Shown piece after piece: positions 27,976-37,254 of a stretch of 42,607 nt of DNA. Under the pieces are notes generated by a model. The model searched no databases. It saw nothing but the letters and a program-made list of their open reading frames with translations, and was not told the DNA's origin. Each line of letters begins with the position of its first letter. Position 1 is the first letter of the stretch. Source of the DNA: an uncultured Acidimicrobiaceae bacterium (lineage in GTDB: Bacteria; Actinomycetota; Acidimicrobiia; Acidimicrobiales; Bog-793); contig CAIMWD010000043.1 of the NCBI GenBank assembly GCA_903845085.1, positions 1-42,607 on the forward strand. Reading direction: 5' to 3'. A program made the translations under genes and the position numbers.

Positions 27976-28797
27976 TCAGTTGGGTTTCGGAGCGTGATAA
28001 CTCTCCTCATCACTGGGGAACCGCAGTGCACGGACGTCGGCACCAAAGGAAGCCACCGCCTCACGTGCGACCTCGGCGAGATCGGCGTAGCGCCGGACAA
28101 ATTTTGGAGAGGCGGAGGAGCCAAGCCCCAAGATGTCGTGGAGTACCAGCACCTGTCCATCGGTATCGGGTCCAGCACCAATTCCAATTGTGGGGATATC
28201 GATCGCCTCCGTCACCGTCGCGGCAAGTTCACGGGGGATCCCCTCCAAGACAACGGCGAAACATCCCGCCTCAGCGAGGAGCTCCGCATCACGCAGGAGT
28301 AGTTTTGCCGCCGCCTCGTCACGACCCTGCACCCGCAGTCCACCCATCATGTGAACCGACTGTGGCGTGAGTCCAAGATGACCCATGACAGGAATCTCTG
28401 CAGCGACAATCGCCTCAATCACGCGAACACGTCGGGCACCACCCTCCAGCTTGACGGCATCAGCGCCCGCTCGGATCAGCTCGGCGGCGTTCAACACCGC
28501 CGCCTCTGTCGTCGTGTGATAACTCATCCAGACCATGTCGGCGATGACCAGTGCGTGCGGACGCGCCCGACGAACTGCGCGGGTGTGATGCACAATGTCG
28601 GCGATGGTGACCTCCAGCGTGCTCTCGAGACCGAGCACGTTGTTTCCTACCGAGTCTCCGACAAGGATCAGGTCGACGCCCGCCTCATCGACGATGCGGG
28701 TAAATGGAGTGTCATAGGCCGTGACCATAACGAGGGGATCACGACCCGATCGGCGCTTGTGTGTCGCGATGCTGGGAACCGTCAACGCGTGAGCCAT
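27976..28797 (-). CDS. panB: 3-methyl-2-oxobutanoate hydroxymethyltransferase
   Basis: MVTAYD, LVGDSVGNNVLG, ADMVWMSY, VKLEGG and GHLGLTPQS motifs. Start set to the ATG at 28797 with a GGGAGG RBS. The 89-aa upstream ORF extension was rejected. Confidence 0.93.
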   Translation of the reverse strand: MAHALTVPSIATHKRRSGRDPLVMVTAYDTPFTRIVDEAGVDLILVGDSVGNNVLGLESTLEVTIADIVHHTRAVRRARPHALVIADMVWMSYHTTTEAAVLNAAELIRAGADAVKLEGGARRVRVIEAIVAAEIPVMGHLGLTPQSVHMMGGLRVQGRDEAAAKLLLRDAELLAEAGCFAVVLEGIPRELAATVTEAIDIPTIGIGAGPDTDGQVLVLHDILGLGSSASPKFVRRYADLAEVAREAVASFGADVRALRFPSDEESYHAPKPN

Positions 28798-28855
28798 CTT
28801 TGTAACCTCCCACCGTCCAGCGCCTCGTAGCTGCCGGCGGCAGAGTCCAGCGTAG

Positions 28856-29296
28856 CTAGGAGCGCGCCCGTGCCCGCCCAAGAGGGGTCCGGCGGATGAC
28901 CTCCTGGGAGGAAAACATACGGACAAGGTGGTTCCAACGACAGGAGACACAGACCTCCACCACATAGAAGGAGATTTCACCACGGAGCGAGCGTGCGAGC
29001 TGTCGGAGCTCTTTAGTGGACCCCACTGCCCGGCCGGAGGCAGGAAGACGTGGTCCAAATCCAAAGATGACGTGAGTTAACCGTTCTGTCGAACAGATGG
29101 GACAGATCTCCTCCGTCACATGGCCGAGGTTCGTCGCCACCCGCAAGAGCTCTACCTGCGCATCACAGACATCGAGGCGCGAGAGACGACCGCGCCGAAA
29201 CTCCCGAATTATCTGGTCACGAGCAAGGCGATATTCAACCTGACCGAGACCGGTGAGTTCATCATCGGACGTTGTGGAGGGGGTCCAAGAGCTCAC
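28856..29296 (-). CDS. DUF5318-like conserved actinobacterial protein (Cys4 motif)
   Basis: VEYRLARDQIIREFRRGRLSRLDVCDAQ...CPIC...VCVSCRWNHL. It lies divergent to PadR-ino1, the usual genomic context of this family. GTG start. Confidence 0.65.
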   Translation of the reverse strand: MSSWTPSTTSDDELTGLGQVEYRLARDQIIREFRRGRLSRLDVCDAQVELLRVATNLGHVTEEICPICSTERLTHVIFGFGPRLPASGRAVGSTKELRQLARSLRGEISFYVVEVCVSCRWNHLVRMFSSQEVIRRTPLGRARARS

Positions 29297-29422
29297 TCAA
29301 AAAGGGTAGCCGGATCGATCTCCGATCCCGCGGTGTACTGGAGCACCGTTTATGAACATTGGTGATCCGGCTGTAACGAATCAACATATCGACTCGATAC
29401 ATCAATCTGCTATGATGCCCAG

Positions 29423-30172
29423 ATGCTGGAATTTGCCATCCTCGGGCTCCTGAAAGAGCGGTCCATGCATGGTTATGACCTCCGCCGCCATCTTCGTGAT
29501 GATTTTGGCGTGCTGGCCAACCTCTCCTTTGGCTCGCTCTATCCCGCACTTTCACGTCTCGAAGGTACCGGAGCGATCCGATCCATCGGCCAGGGCCCGG
29601 AGAGTGCGGGCGAGTCGGTCCTGTTCACCGGCTCACTTGGTGGCGAGCGAGCGGCGACGGTCGCGCGACGCGCGACGCAGAAGGTAAAGACACTCAGCCA
29701 TTCGAGCACCCGCGCACGCAAGGTCTATGAGATCACCGCCGAGGGCGAGGCACTCTTTGAGAAGCTGCTCGCAACACCCTCAGCGACCGATGCCTCCCGC
29801 TCCTTCTCGCTGCGCCTCGCCTTTGCTCGTTACCTCTCCCCTACGCAGCGGATCCGCCTTCTCGAACGCCAGCGGATGGAGCTGGTTGATCGCCTCCAAC
29901 GCTCGAGCGATCACCTCGCGCAACCTGCGCGTGCGCTCGACACCTATGAGCGTTCACTCGCGGAACACGCACGTGACGCCGTCGAGAACGACCTCGCCTG
30001 GATTGAACGTCTCCTAGAACGTGAACGGACACTCGCCGATCGAGAGAGTCACACCACCCGAGTCGTCACTCCGGAATCTGATCTTTCAACGAGGGACACC
30101 ACTGTCCTTGGTACATCCCACACCGCTATCAGCGGCCAAAACTTTGCACATGAAGGAGGCATTACCCAATGA
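29423..30172 (+). CDS. PadR-family transcriptional regulator with a long C-terminal domain
   Basis: [23 protein letters not shown]...[18 protein letters not shown] winged-helix signature. The stop overlaps the ino1 start (ATGA at 30169). Confidence 0.9.
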   Translation: MLEFAILGLLKERSMHGYDLRRHLRDDFGVLANLSFGSLYPALSRLEGTGAIRSIGQGPESAGESVLFTGSLGGERAATVARRATQKVKTLSHSSTRARKVYEITAEGEALFEKLLATPSATDASRSFSLRLAFARYLSPTQRIRLLERQRMELVDRLQRSSDHLAQPARALDTYERSLAEHARDAVENDLAWIERLLERERTLADRESHTTRVVTPESDLSTRDTTVLGTSHTAISGQNFAHEGGITQ

Positions 30173-31248
30173 CCGAGAGAAAGAGTCCCATCAAGGTCGC
30201 TATTGCCGGCGTCGGCAACTGCGCCAGCTCACTGATCCAAGGAGTGGAGTACTACCGCGAAGCAGATCCTGAGGAGTTCGTTCCCGGTCTCATGCACGTG
30301 GAACTCGGCGGGTACCACGTGCGCGATCTCGAGTTCGTCGCCGCCTTTGACGTCGACGCCTCCAAGGTCGGCCTCGATCTCGGCAAGGCAATCTTCTCTG
30401 GTCGCAACAACACGATCAAGTTTGCGCCGGTCCCCGAGCTCGGGATCACCGTTGATCGTGGACCTACCTATGACGGACTTGGCAAGTACTACCGAACCGT
30501 CGTTGATGAGTCACCGGTCGAGCCCTGTGATGTTGCTGCTGTTTTGCAGGCGACCGGTGCCGAGGTCCTCGTCTCCTATCTCCCTGTTGGCTCGGAGCAG
30601 GCACAGAAGTTTTACGCCAGCGAGGCGATCAAGGCAGGTGTCGCCTTTGTGAATGCGGTTCCGGTCTTTATCGCGAGTGACCCCGAGTGGGCACAGAGGT
30701 TCACCGATGCGAATGTTCCAATTATCGGTGACGACATCAAGAGCCAGGTTGGAGCGACCATCGTTCACCGCGTACTCGCCCGACTCTTTGAAGATCGCGG
30801 TCTCGTGCTTGATCGCACCTACCAACTCAACGTCGGCGGCAACATGGACTTTATGAACATGTTGGAACGAGAGCGCCTCGAATCGAAGAAGATCTCCAAG
30901 ACCCAAGCGGTCACCAGCCAGCTCGATCACAAGCTGCCAGCAGACTCCGTGCACATCGGTCCCAGTGACCACGTGGCCTGGCTCGAGGACCGCAAGTGGG
31001 CCTACATCCGTCTTGAGGGTCGCAACTTCGGTGATGTTCCACTCAATGTGGAGATGAAGCTCGAGGTGTGGGACTCTCCCAACTCCGCAGGGGTGATCAT
31101 CGATGCGGTTCGCTGTGCGCGGATCGCGTTAGATCGCAAGATCGGTGGCCCGATCCTCAGCGCCTCTGCCTACTTCATGAAGTCGCCGCCGGTGCAGTAT
31201 CGCGATGAGGCAGCTCGACTCATGGTAGAAGAGTTCGCGAACGGCTAA
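30169..31248 (+). CDS. ino1: myo-Inositol-3-phosphate synthase
   Basis: [48 protein letters not shown] and KSPP motifs. Confidence 0.94.
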   Translation: MTERKSPIKVAIAGVGNCASSLIQGVEYYREADPEEFVPGLMHVELGGYHVRDLEFVAAFDVDASKVGLDLGKAIFSGRNNTIKFAPVPELGITVDRGPTYDGLGKYYRTVVDESPVEPCDVAAVLQATGAEVLVSYLPVGSEQAQKFYASEAIKAGVAFVNAVPVFIASDPEWAQRFTDANVPIIGDDIKSQVGATIVHRVLARLFEDRGLVLDRTYQLNVGGNMDFMNMLERERLESKKISKTQAVTSQLDHKLPADSVHIGPSDHVAWLEDRKWAYIRLEGRNFGDVPLNVEMKLEVWDSPNSAGVIIDAVRCARIALDRKIGGPILSASAYFMKSPPVQYRDEAARLMVEEFANG

Positions 31249-31460
31249 CTCGTTCGCACCGGTGTCGTGAGATTGTTTCGATGCTCCCGATGCCGCCACC
31301 ATTCCTGTGATCTTCGGAGCTCGGAGATCTCCTCGCCTCGCTTGCGAGATACATGACCCGAGGCGAGTTCATCAAGAAAACTATTGATTCTCTTGACGAG
31401 ATCCCTCGTGTCGCACTGGAACCGCCCGTTGCGAAACCATCGATGAGAGCGCTCGTTCAA
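31245..31460 (-). pseudogene. Questionable 71-aa ORF, possibly a C-terminal remnant of an IS630-type transposase, or spurious
   Basis: HRWFRNGRFQCDTRDLVKRINSFLDEL loosely resembles the W...N+.F.....L...I..F C-terminal pattern of IS630/Tc1-type transposases. There are no inverted repeats and no DDE region. The ORF sits next to the pilin locus. Confidence 0.2.
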
Positions 31461-31471
31461 GGGTGCCGAAA

Positions 31472-32242
31472 TTAATACGCACCACTCTGTGTAGAGGTAA
31501 TCCCATTCGACGTTGTGGTCACGGACCAGGTATCGCCCGTAAAGGGGTGAACTGCCCCGGTTCCGCCGAACTGTGCACCGATCTGCCCGTTTGCGTAATT
31601 CGCGGGGATGGACTGATTCGAAGGTTCATTGTAGGTATAGGTGATGTATCCACCCGAAGTTGTGTTGTTCATATTCACTGCCCCACCGGGAAAGCTGTTG
31701 AACTGGGTGACGTAGGTCACCCCACTCGTCTGCGCCACCGTAATCGTGATGCTCATATTGGTAATGGCATAGCTGTTCGTAAAGGTGAGCGTCTCCGTAC
31801 CATTGCCATTATTTACACTCTGCGTCGGGTTCACTAGGAGGCCATTTGACCGCGGCAGTGTCGTCGTCGTAGAGGTAGTGGTCGAAGTAGTCGTTGAGGT
31901 AGTTGTCGAGGTAGTTGTCGAGGTCGTGGTAGTGCTCGGAAGTGTCGTCGTACTCGATGACGTCGTGGTCGTGCCCGAAACAGTGGTCGTTGTCCCTCCC
32001 ACAGCGGTGGTCGTGGTCGCACCTGCAATTGTCGTGACTGAGGCCGCGCCATCGCAGGCTCCGGAGGTGGTGTACACGACAGGGGTCGCAGAGGGGGGTG
32101 CCGCGACCATCACCTGTGCGTTGTTGTTTGCATCCGCCGTGATCGTGATTGCGTAATCGGGACTCGAGGGATACGACCTCAGGTAGGGCTTTGTGCCGCT
32201 TGTAAGGTCACTCGGCGTCGGCACTCCAGTAGCGCCGGTCAA
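31472..32242 (-). CDS. C-terminal portion of a type IV pilin-like protein: pilin globular part, Thr-rich linker and an Asn/Thr-rich beta domain. Same frame as 32246-32440, separated by one TAG
   Basis: The frame is identical to the upstream pilin ORF (32440-32242 = 198 nt). The only possible start is a TTG one codon after the TAG, without an RBS. It has no signal peptide of its own. Confidence 0.6.
   Translation of the reverse strand: MTGATGVPTPSDLTSGTKPYLRSYPSSPDYAITITADANNNAQVMVAAPPSATPVVYTTSGACDGAASVTTIAGATTTTAVGGTTTTVSGTTTTSSSTTTLPSTTTTSTTTSTTTSTTTSTTTSTTTTLPRSNGLLVNPTQSVNNGNGTETLTFTNSYAITNMSITITVAQTSGVTYVTQFNSFPGGAVNMNNTTSGGYITYTYNEPSNQSIPANYANGQIGAQFGGTGAVHPFTGDTWSVTTTSNGITSTQSGAY
31859..32038. 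repeat. Thr-rich low-complexity coding repeat, with a core (TSTT)n encoded by 12-nt periodic units
   Basis: Protein: ...TTTTAVGGTTTTVSGTTTTSSSTTTLPSTTTTSTTTSTTTSTTTSTTTSTTTT. The + strand shows gtagtcgttgag gtagttgtcgag gtagttgtcgag periodicity at about 31859-31936. Confidence 0.9.
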
Positions 32243-32245
32243 CGT

Positions 32246-32440
32246 CTAATAATCAAGGACCGCCTGCTCCACACTCTGTGCATCGGTCTGACAGGCCGCA
32301 ACCGAGGCCGATGACGACGTGCCACCAAGTGCAAAGACCACGATGCCAGCGAGCACACCCAAAACCACAATGACAACAAGGAGCTCAATAAGTGAAAATC
32401 CCCGCTCATCTCGAGTTCTTTTACGAAGATGGGATCGCAT
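32246..32440 (-). CDS. Type IV pilin N-terminal segment (prepilin-type cleavage/methylation domain), ending at an in-frame TAG
   Basis: MRSHLRKRTRDERG|FSLIELLVVIVVLGVLAGIVV is a class III signal peptide with the G/FxxxE motif and the hydrophobic alpha-1 helix. The ORF stops after only about 50 mature residues. Confidence 0.8.
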   Translation of the reverse strand: MRSHLRKRTRDERGFSLIELLVVIVVLGVLAGIVVFALGGTSSSASVAACQTDAQSVEQAVLDY

Positions 32441-32554
32441 TTTGAGTTGGCCTCTTCTTATGGCGCCGTCACAATGATTTTCGCAACAGACAGCATGTTA
32501 CCCAATTACTACTAAAGTAAAAATCATAAGTTTCTTTTGCTCACACTTGGACCC

Positions 32555-33982
32555 TTAATGGCTCTCATTCCACCATTTCAGCAATCGTCGCGTTGCCTCT
32601 GACTCCCCCAGAAGTCCCTCCTCGAGGCGTAATTCCAAGAGAAAACTCAGTGCACGACCCACCTCTTTGCTCGGTGAGAGCCCCAACAGCGTCATGATCT
32701 GCTCGCCATCAAGTTCCGGCCGAATTGCGTCCAGCGCCTCGCGCTCATTGAGCTCTGCCAGACGGACCTCCAGATCATCCATCGCGGCACTGAGTTCACG
32801 CACCTTGCGCTCATTCCTCGTCGTGCAGTCCGCTCGAGTGAGTTCATTGAGCTTCCCGACGAGTGGTCCTGCATCGCGGGCATATCGACGCAGCGCCGAA
32901 TCGGTCCATCCCATGCGATAGGTATGAAACCGGAGGTGAAGCTCCACTAGCTTGACTACCTCATCGATGTCGTCACCGGAGTAGTGCAGAGTCGTCATGC
33001 GCTTACGCGTCATACGTGCGCCGACCACCTCATGATGATGAAAGGAGACACCGTTCTCTCCGAAGGCGCGCGTCTTCGGTTTGCCCACATCATGGAAGAG
33101 TGCGGAAAGTCGCAGCAGTCGATCGGGTCGGGTCTGACAGACGACGGCGATGGTGTGCGCAAGCACATCTTTATGCCGATGCACCGGATCCTGTTCAAGC
33201 TCAAGGCCATCGAGTTCGGGTAGAAACTCCGAGGAGAGGCCGTGATGCACGATAAACCACAGCGCCATCTCGGGGTTAGGAAGCACGATGATCTTGTCGA
33301 GCTCGTCGCGGATCCGCTCGACCGAGACGATCGCGAGCCGATGATGCAGCGCTACCACGGCCTCGATGAGCTCTGGTGCGGGGGTTAGCTCATAGCCGGC
33401 GTGAAATCGAGCGGCTCGCAACATTCTCAGCGGATCATCGTTAAATGAGGACTGTGGGTCGATCGGCGTACGCAGTACACGACGGGCTAAGTCGCCAATG
33501 CCATCGAAGGGGTCCACGAGTACCAGATCCGGTAGTCGCAGCGCCATCGCATTCACCGTAAAATCACGCCGCGAGAGGTCCACCTCAATCTCATGGCCAA
33601 AGACAACCTCTGGTTTTCGTGAATCGGGTGAATAGGCCTCGGCGCGATGTGTGGTGATCTCAAAGTCCCGGCCGTGGTGCCGAAATCCAATAGTGCCAAA
33701 GCGACGTCCCTGCGTCCACATGGCCTCCGCGATCGGGCGAACGATCGCCTCAATCTCATCGGGAGGCGCATCGGTCGTCATATCGATGTCAGCTTCGGTG
33801 GCTGAGGCCGTCGTCGAAGCGGTGGATTCGCGATAGAGCGGAGTCGATTCCTGTCCCGGTCGGCCCGCGATCGCATCCCGCACGGTTCCGCCAACTAGAT
33901 ACAGCGAGCGGTTCGCGGCAACAAAACGCTCGGCAATCTCGCGCGTTGCTGCAATTACCGGTAAGAGTCGCGGCGGAATCAT
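32555..33982 (-). CDS. cca: CCA-adding tRNA nucleotidyltransferase / poly(A) polymerase family protein with HD domain
   Basis: LYLVGGTVRDA, DIDMTT, RDFTVNAM and RMLRAARF motifs, plus the HD region LFHDVGKP. Confidence 0.9.
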   Translation of the reverse strand: MIPPRLLPVIAATREIAERFVAANRSLYLVGGTVRDAIAGRPGQESTPLYRESTASTTASATEADIDMTTDAPPDEIEAIVRPIAEAMWTQGRRFGTIGFRHHGRDFEITTHRAEAYSPDSRKPEVVFGHEIEVDLSRRDFTVNAMALRLPDLVLVDPFDGIGDLARRVLRTPIDPQSSFNDDPLRMLRAARFHAGYELTPAPELIEAVVALHHRLAIVSVERIRDELDKIIVLPNPEMALWFIVHHGLSSEFLPELDGLELEQDPVHRHKDVLAHTIAVVCQTRPDRLLRLSALFHDVGKPKTRAFGENGVSFHHHEVVGARMTRKRMTTLHYSGDDIDEVVKLVELHLRFHTYRMGWTDSALRRYARDAGPLVGKLNELTRADCTTRNERKVRELSAAMDDLEVRLAELNEREALDAIRPELDGEQIMTLLGLSPSKEVGRALSFLLELRLEEGLLGESEATRRLLKWWNESH

Positions 33983-34046
33983 CTCTCAACGGTAGTGGTC
34001 AATGCTGCAGCAAAAGTATCGACATCGTTAATGCGAACGCAGATTC

Positions 34047-35090
34047 TCAACCCTCTTCACGTATCTGACGGTGCAGCTCCGCGACGTAGCGCACCACACG
34101 ACCAGATGCACCCTCCGTTCCATGGAGCGAATCGTGGCCCGCGCCCGAGATCGGTTCACCGAGATATGGCTGCTGGCCGAGCGTCGCGACCGTCGCTGCA
34201 ACGCTTCGCTCAAGTGCCTCCAGGTCGTAGCCGCCCTCAAGAAAGAAGATGCGCCTCCCCGGAGAGGAGAGATCCATCAGACGCTGGGTAAGGCGAACGT
34301 AATCGCCCGCAAGGAGACCGAGCTGCGTGAGCGGGTCATCTCGATGTCCATCAAATCCTGCGGAGACGAGAACCCAGGTTGGCGCAAAGGACTGTGCTGC
34401 GGGAGCGATCACCTCATCAAAGGCGAACTCGTAGGCATCGCCTGCCGTCAACGCCGCAAAGGGAAGGTTGATCGTGCGCCCAATACCCGCACCCTCGCCT
34501 ACCTCGGAGACTGCCCCAGATCCCGGGTAGAGCGGATACTGGTGCAACGAGATATAGAGCACCTCGGGCTCCAGGTAGAAGGCCGCCTGCGTACCATTTC
34601 CGTGATGCGCGTCGAAGTCGACGATCATCACGCGCTCGCCCTCAGCTACCAACGCGGCTGCCGTGATGGCGACGTTATTCAGCAGGCAAAAACCCATGGC
34701 GCGCTCGCTCAGTGCATGATGCCCCGGCGGGCGACAGATGAGAAATGCCGATGCTGCCTCACCGGCACGGAGTCGATTCGCCGCATCGATACCGGCCCCG
34801 GCTCCGCGCATCGCGGCCTCAAACGAGAGAGGTCCGACCGCGGTGTCAGGATCGAGGGAACCGCCGCCCGACGCGCACCGTTCCTCGAGTTCGGCAAGGT
34901 AGCGCGCGGTGTGATTTCGTAGGAGCTCCTCCGTGGCTGCACGACGAGGCGCAAACTCGATCAGATCTGCACCAAGTTCACTCCCCTTCGCGCCACGAAG
35001 CGCAGCTCGATACCTGCTGGGAGATTCGGGGTGTCCTTCGCCCGAATCATGCGCCAACGATGACTCATGTACACCAAGCAGAACCTTCAC
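34047..35090 (-). CDS. Histone deacetylase-family protein (AcuC/class II HDAC-like deacetylase)
   Basis: RPPGHHA, GFCLLNNVA, VDFDAHHGNGTQ, SLHQYPLYPGSG and GGY motifs. GTG start. Confidence 0.9.
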   Translation of the reverse strand: MKVLLGVHESSLAHDSGEGHPESPSRYRAALRGAKGSELGADLIEFAPRRAATEELLRNHTARYLAELEERCASGGGSLDPDTAVGPLSFEAAMRGAGAGIDAANRLRAGEAASAFLICRPPGHHALSERAMGFCLLNNVAITAAALVAEGERVMIVDFDAHHGNGTQAAFYLEPEVLYISLHQYPLYPGSGAVSEVGEGAGIGRTINLPFAALTAGDAYEFAFDEVIAPAAQSFAPTWVLVSAGFDGHRDDPLTQLGLLAGDYVRLTQRLMDLSSPGRRIFFLEGGYDLEALERSVAATVATLGQQPYLGEPISGAGHDSLHGTEGASGRVVRYVAELHRQIREEG

Positions 35091-35181
35091 GATCTCACGC
35101 TAGTGCTCGGGTCGCTCCGTTCCGCGGTGACACCACAGGTAGGCTCATGGGATCACGGATAACCACTGCCGAAGCGCGACT

Positions 35182-37254
35182 ATGAGACATCGACACCTCC
35201 TCTCCCCACTGCTATCGGTAGGAATCGCGGCGCTCATCATCGGGGTAATTTCTCCGCGGATAAACGCCGCGAGCGCGGCACCGGCTGCGACAGGACTCAC
35301 CCTGGTCGCACAGACCAACTGGGTCACACAGAACTCCGGATTTAATGTGACCCTCGCGGCGACAGGAACTGCGGCCGCAACGGATCTCGGGCTTCGCGTT
35401 GCGCTCTACCCCCGACTTTCCAGTCGATATGCCCTCGAAAATAACCCACTCGAGGGATCACCCAGCGAGATCTACCCCTCGTTGAATTTCCGTGGCGGAA
35501 CGCTCCACTTTCGAGTTATCGGTATCGCAGGCAGTGAAAGTGGTCTCCCGAGTGCCCGCACCCTACGACTCGATTGCGTTGCCAACACCTGCACCGGCGT
35601 CTACCCCATCGCCTTTTCCTTGATCGATCGGTCGAGTCGTCGCGTCGTCGCCAGTCTCACGACCTCGTTGATCTATTTAGACACCACTCACGCGGCGACA
35701 CCCCTCCGGGTAGCGATCACGCTGCCGATGGACCTCACCCCATCTGAGGTCACCCAGGCACAACCGCTGTCGCGGGGTCGAGCAGCCGGCATCAACTCAG
35801 TGGTGCACACGATTGCAACCGCAGGAGTCCCACTCTCACTCAATCTCTACGGTCGTCTCCTCCAACGCCTCATGCTTGATGCCAACGCAGGTTCGAGCGA
35901 TGCCACGGTCGCGCACGCCACCATCGTTGCGTTGCGTCGGCTTACCCTTCACCACCAAGAGATCCAACTCCTTGCCTCAACGTTCGCGCCACTCGACCTC
36001 AACGCAATGGATCGAGCCCCGAAAGTCCAGCGCACCACCTACGCCGCTCAACTTGCCACTACGCAGGCGCTCGATACCTCCGAACTTCACCTCTCCTCAC
36101 CCAGCTCCAGCGCCGCGATGCCATCGGTCCTCAGCTCAAGTGCCGTGGCGATGCTCGGACAGTCTGGACTCTGTAACCTCGCGCTTCCCGAAAGTGCGGT
36201 CTCGCTCTCCGAGAGCGGCCAGACGGTGGATGCTCCCTTTCGTCTCCTCAACACCAACTGCAACGGCCTGCCAATCCACTCCGTTGCCATCGTCTCGGGG
36301 CTCTCCAATGAGATGAACAGTTCGCCGCAAAATCCAGTTCTCGCGGCGCATCAGCTCGTGGCCGATCTCTCTCAGACCTACTTTGAGAACCCCAACGCCC
36401 CTCAGCCACGGGGCGTCGCAGTGATGCCCGCGACGTGGCAAAACTCGCCACTATTTATTAGCACCCTTGTCAGCGCCCTTCACGCCAATCCGGTGTTACT
36501 CCCCGTCACACTCGCCTCACTTTTCACTCAGGTCCCTGACGGCGCAAACGGCGAGGCCACAGCCGGCATCGTGACCGGGTCAACCACCTCCGCACCGATC
36601 ACTCGCCTCATGTTGAGTACTGCCTACGGTTCGCTGAACCGCGTCCGCGAGGTGCTGCCCAACGACTCCGCCGTCACCCAAGGCCTTCGCGCCGACATCT
36701 TCAATGCAGAGAGTATTGGTCTCACGGCTTCGGCGCGCCATTGGCTGCTCACTCGTTCAGATGCGGTACTTGCAGGCCTCGCTCACACGCTCGGGCTCTC
36801 CGGACCCTCACATGTCACGCTCACCGCCTCAAGCGGCAAGATCCCGATCACTATCCACTACACCGGAGGCTCGTACCCGCTCAACCTCCTACTCCGAATT
36901 AAGAGCTCCATCCTTGACTTCCCCGCGACTGAGGTCAGCCAGCACCTCGCCCTCGATCACGCCGACACCAACGAGGTATTGCACGTCAGCTCACGCACCT
37001 CCGGTGAGACGACCTTTACTATTGAGCTCCTGACGCCCTCAGGTGGGCGTGTTCTGCTCGCGCCCACAACGTTCACCGTTACCTCCACCGCCGCATCAGG
37101 AGTGGCCATCGGATTAAGTATCGGTGCGCTGTTGGTACTTGCGCTTTGGTGGTCCCGTTCGATTCTGCGCCATCGACGTGAGAAACTGGCCAAAGTTGCA
37201 GCTCACCCCCACGATGGGAACTCAGCAGGAGAGCCAGGGCCACACCTTCGATGA
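35182..37254 (+). CDS. Secreted, membrane-anchored conserved protein upstream of murJ (Rv3909-like, DUF6049-type)
   Basis: N-terminal signal peptide, a large Ser/Thr/Ala/Leu-rich ectodomain, and one C-terminal TM (VAIGLSIGALLVLALWW). ATGA overlap with murJ. The assignment rests mainly on conserved position. Confidence 0.6.
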   Translation: MRHRHLLSPLLSVGIAALIIGVISPRINAASAAPAATGLTLVAQTNWVTQNSGFNVTLAATGTAAATDLGLRVALYPRLSSRYALENNPLEGSPSEIYPSLNFRGGTLHFRVIGIAGSESGLPSARTLRLDCVANTCTGVYPIAFSLIDRSSRRVVASLTTSLIYLDTTHAATPLRVAITLPMDLTPSEVTQAQPLSRGRAAGINSVVHTIATAGVPLSLNLYGRLLQRLMLDANAGSSDATVAHATIVALRRLTLHHQEIQLLASTFAPLDLNAMDRAPKVQRTTYAAQLATTQALDTSELHLSSPSSSAAMPSVLSSSAVAMLGQSGLCNLALPESAVSLSESGQTVDAPFRLLNTNCNGLPIHSVAIVSGLSNEMNSSPQNPVLAAHQLVADLSQTYFENPNAPQPRGVAVMPATWQNSPLFISTLVSALHANPVLLPVTLASLFTQVPDGANGEATAGIVTGSTTSAPITRLMLSTAYGSLNRVREVLPNDSAVTQGLRADIFNAESIGLTASARHWLLTRSDAVLAGLAHTLGLSGPSHVTLTASSGKIPITIHYTGGSYPLNLLLRIKSSILDFPATEVSQHLALDHADTNEVLHVSSRTSGETTFTIELLTPSGGRVLLAPTTFTVTSTAASGVAIGLSIGALLVLALWWSRSILRHRREKLAKVAAHPHDGNSAGEPGPHLR

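Noticed and set aside
32246-32248. TAG decoded as pyrrolysine or another programmed recoding event
   Set aside because: No pyl genes or recoding signals are visible in the window, and Pyl use is not expected in this kind of actinobacterium. It is kept only as a minor alternative under the pilin finding.
32246-32440. Short pilin as a Geobacter-like conductive e-pilin
   Set aside because: The mature ~50-aa segment has very few aromatic residues (essentially F1, one internal F and a terminal Y). The aromatic-stacking rationale therefore does not apply.
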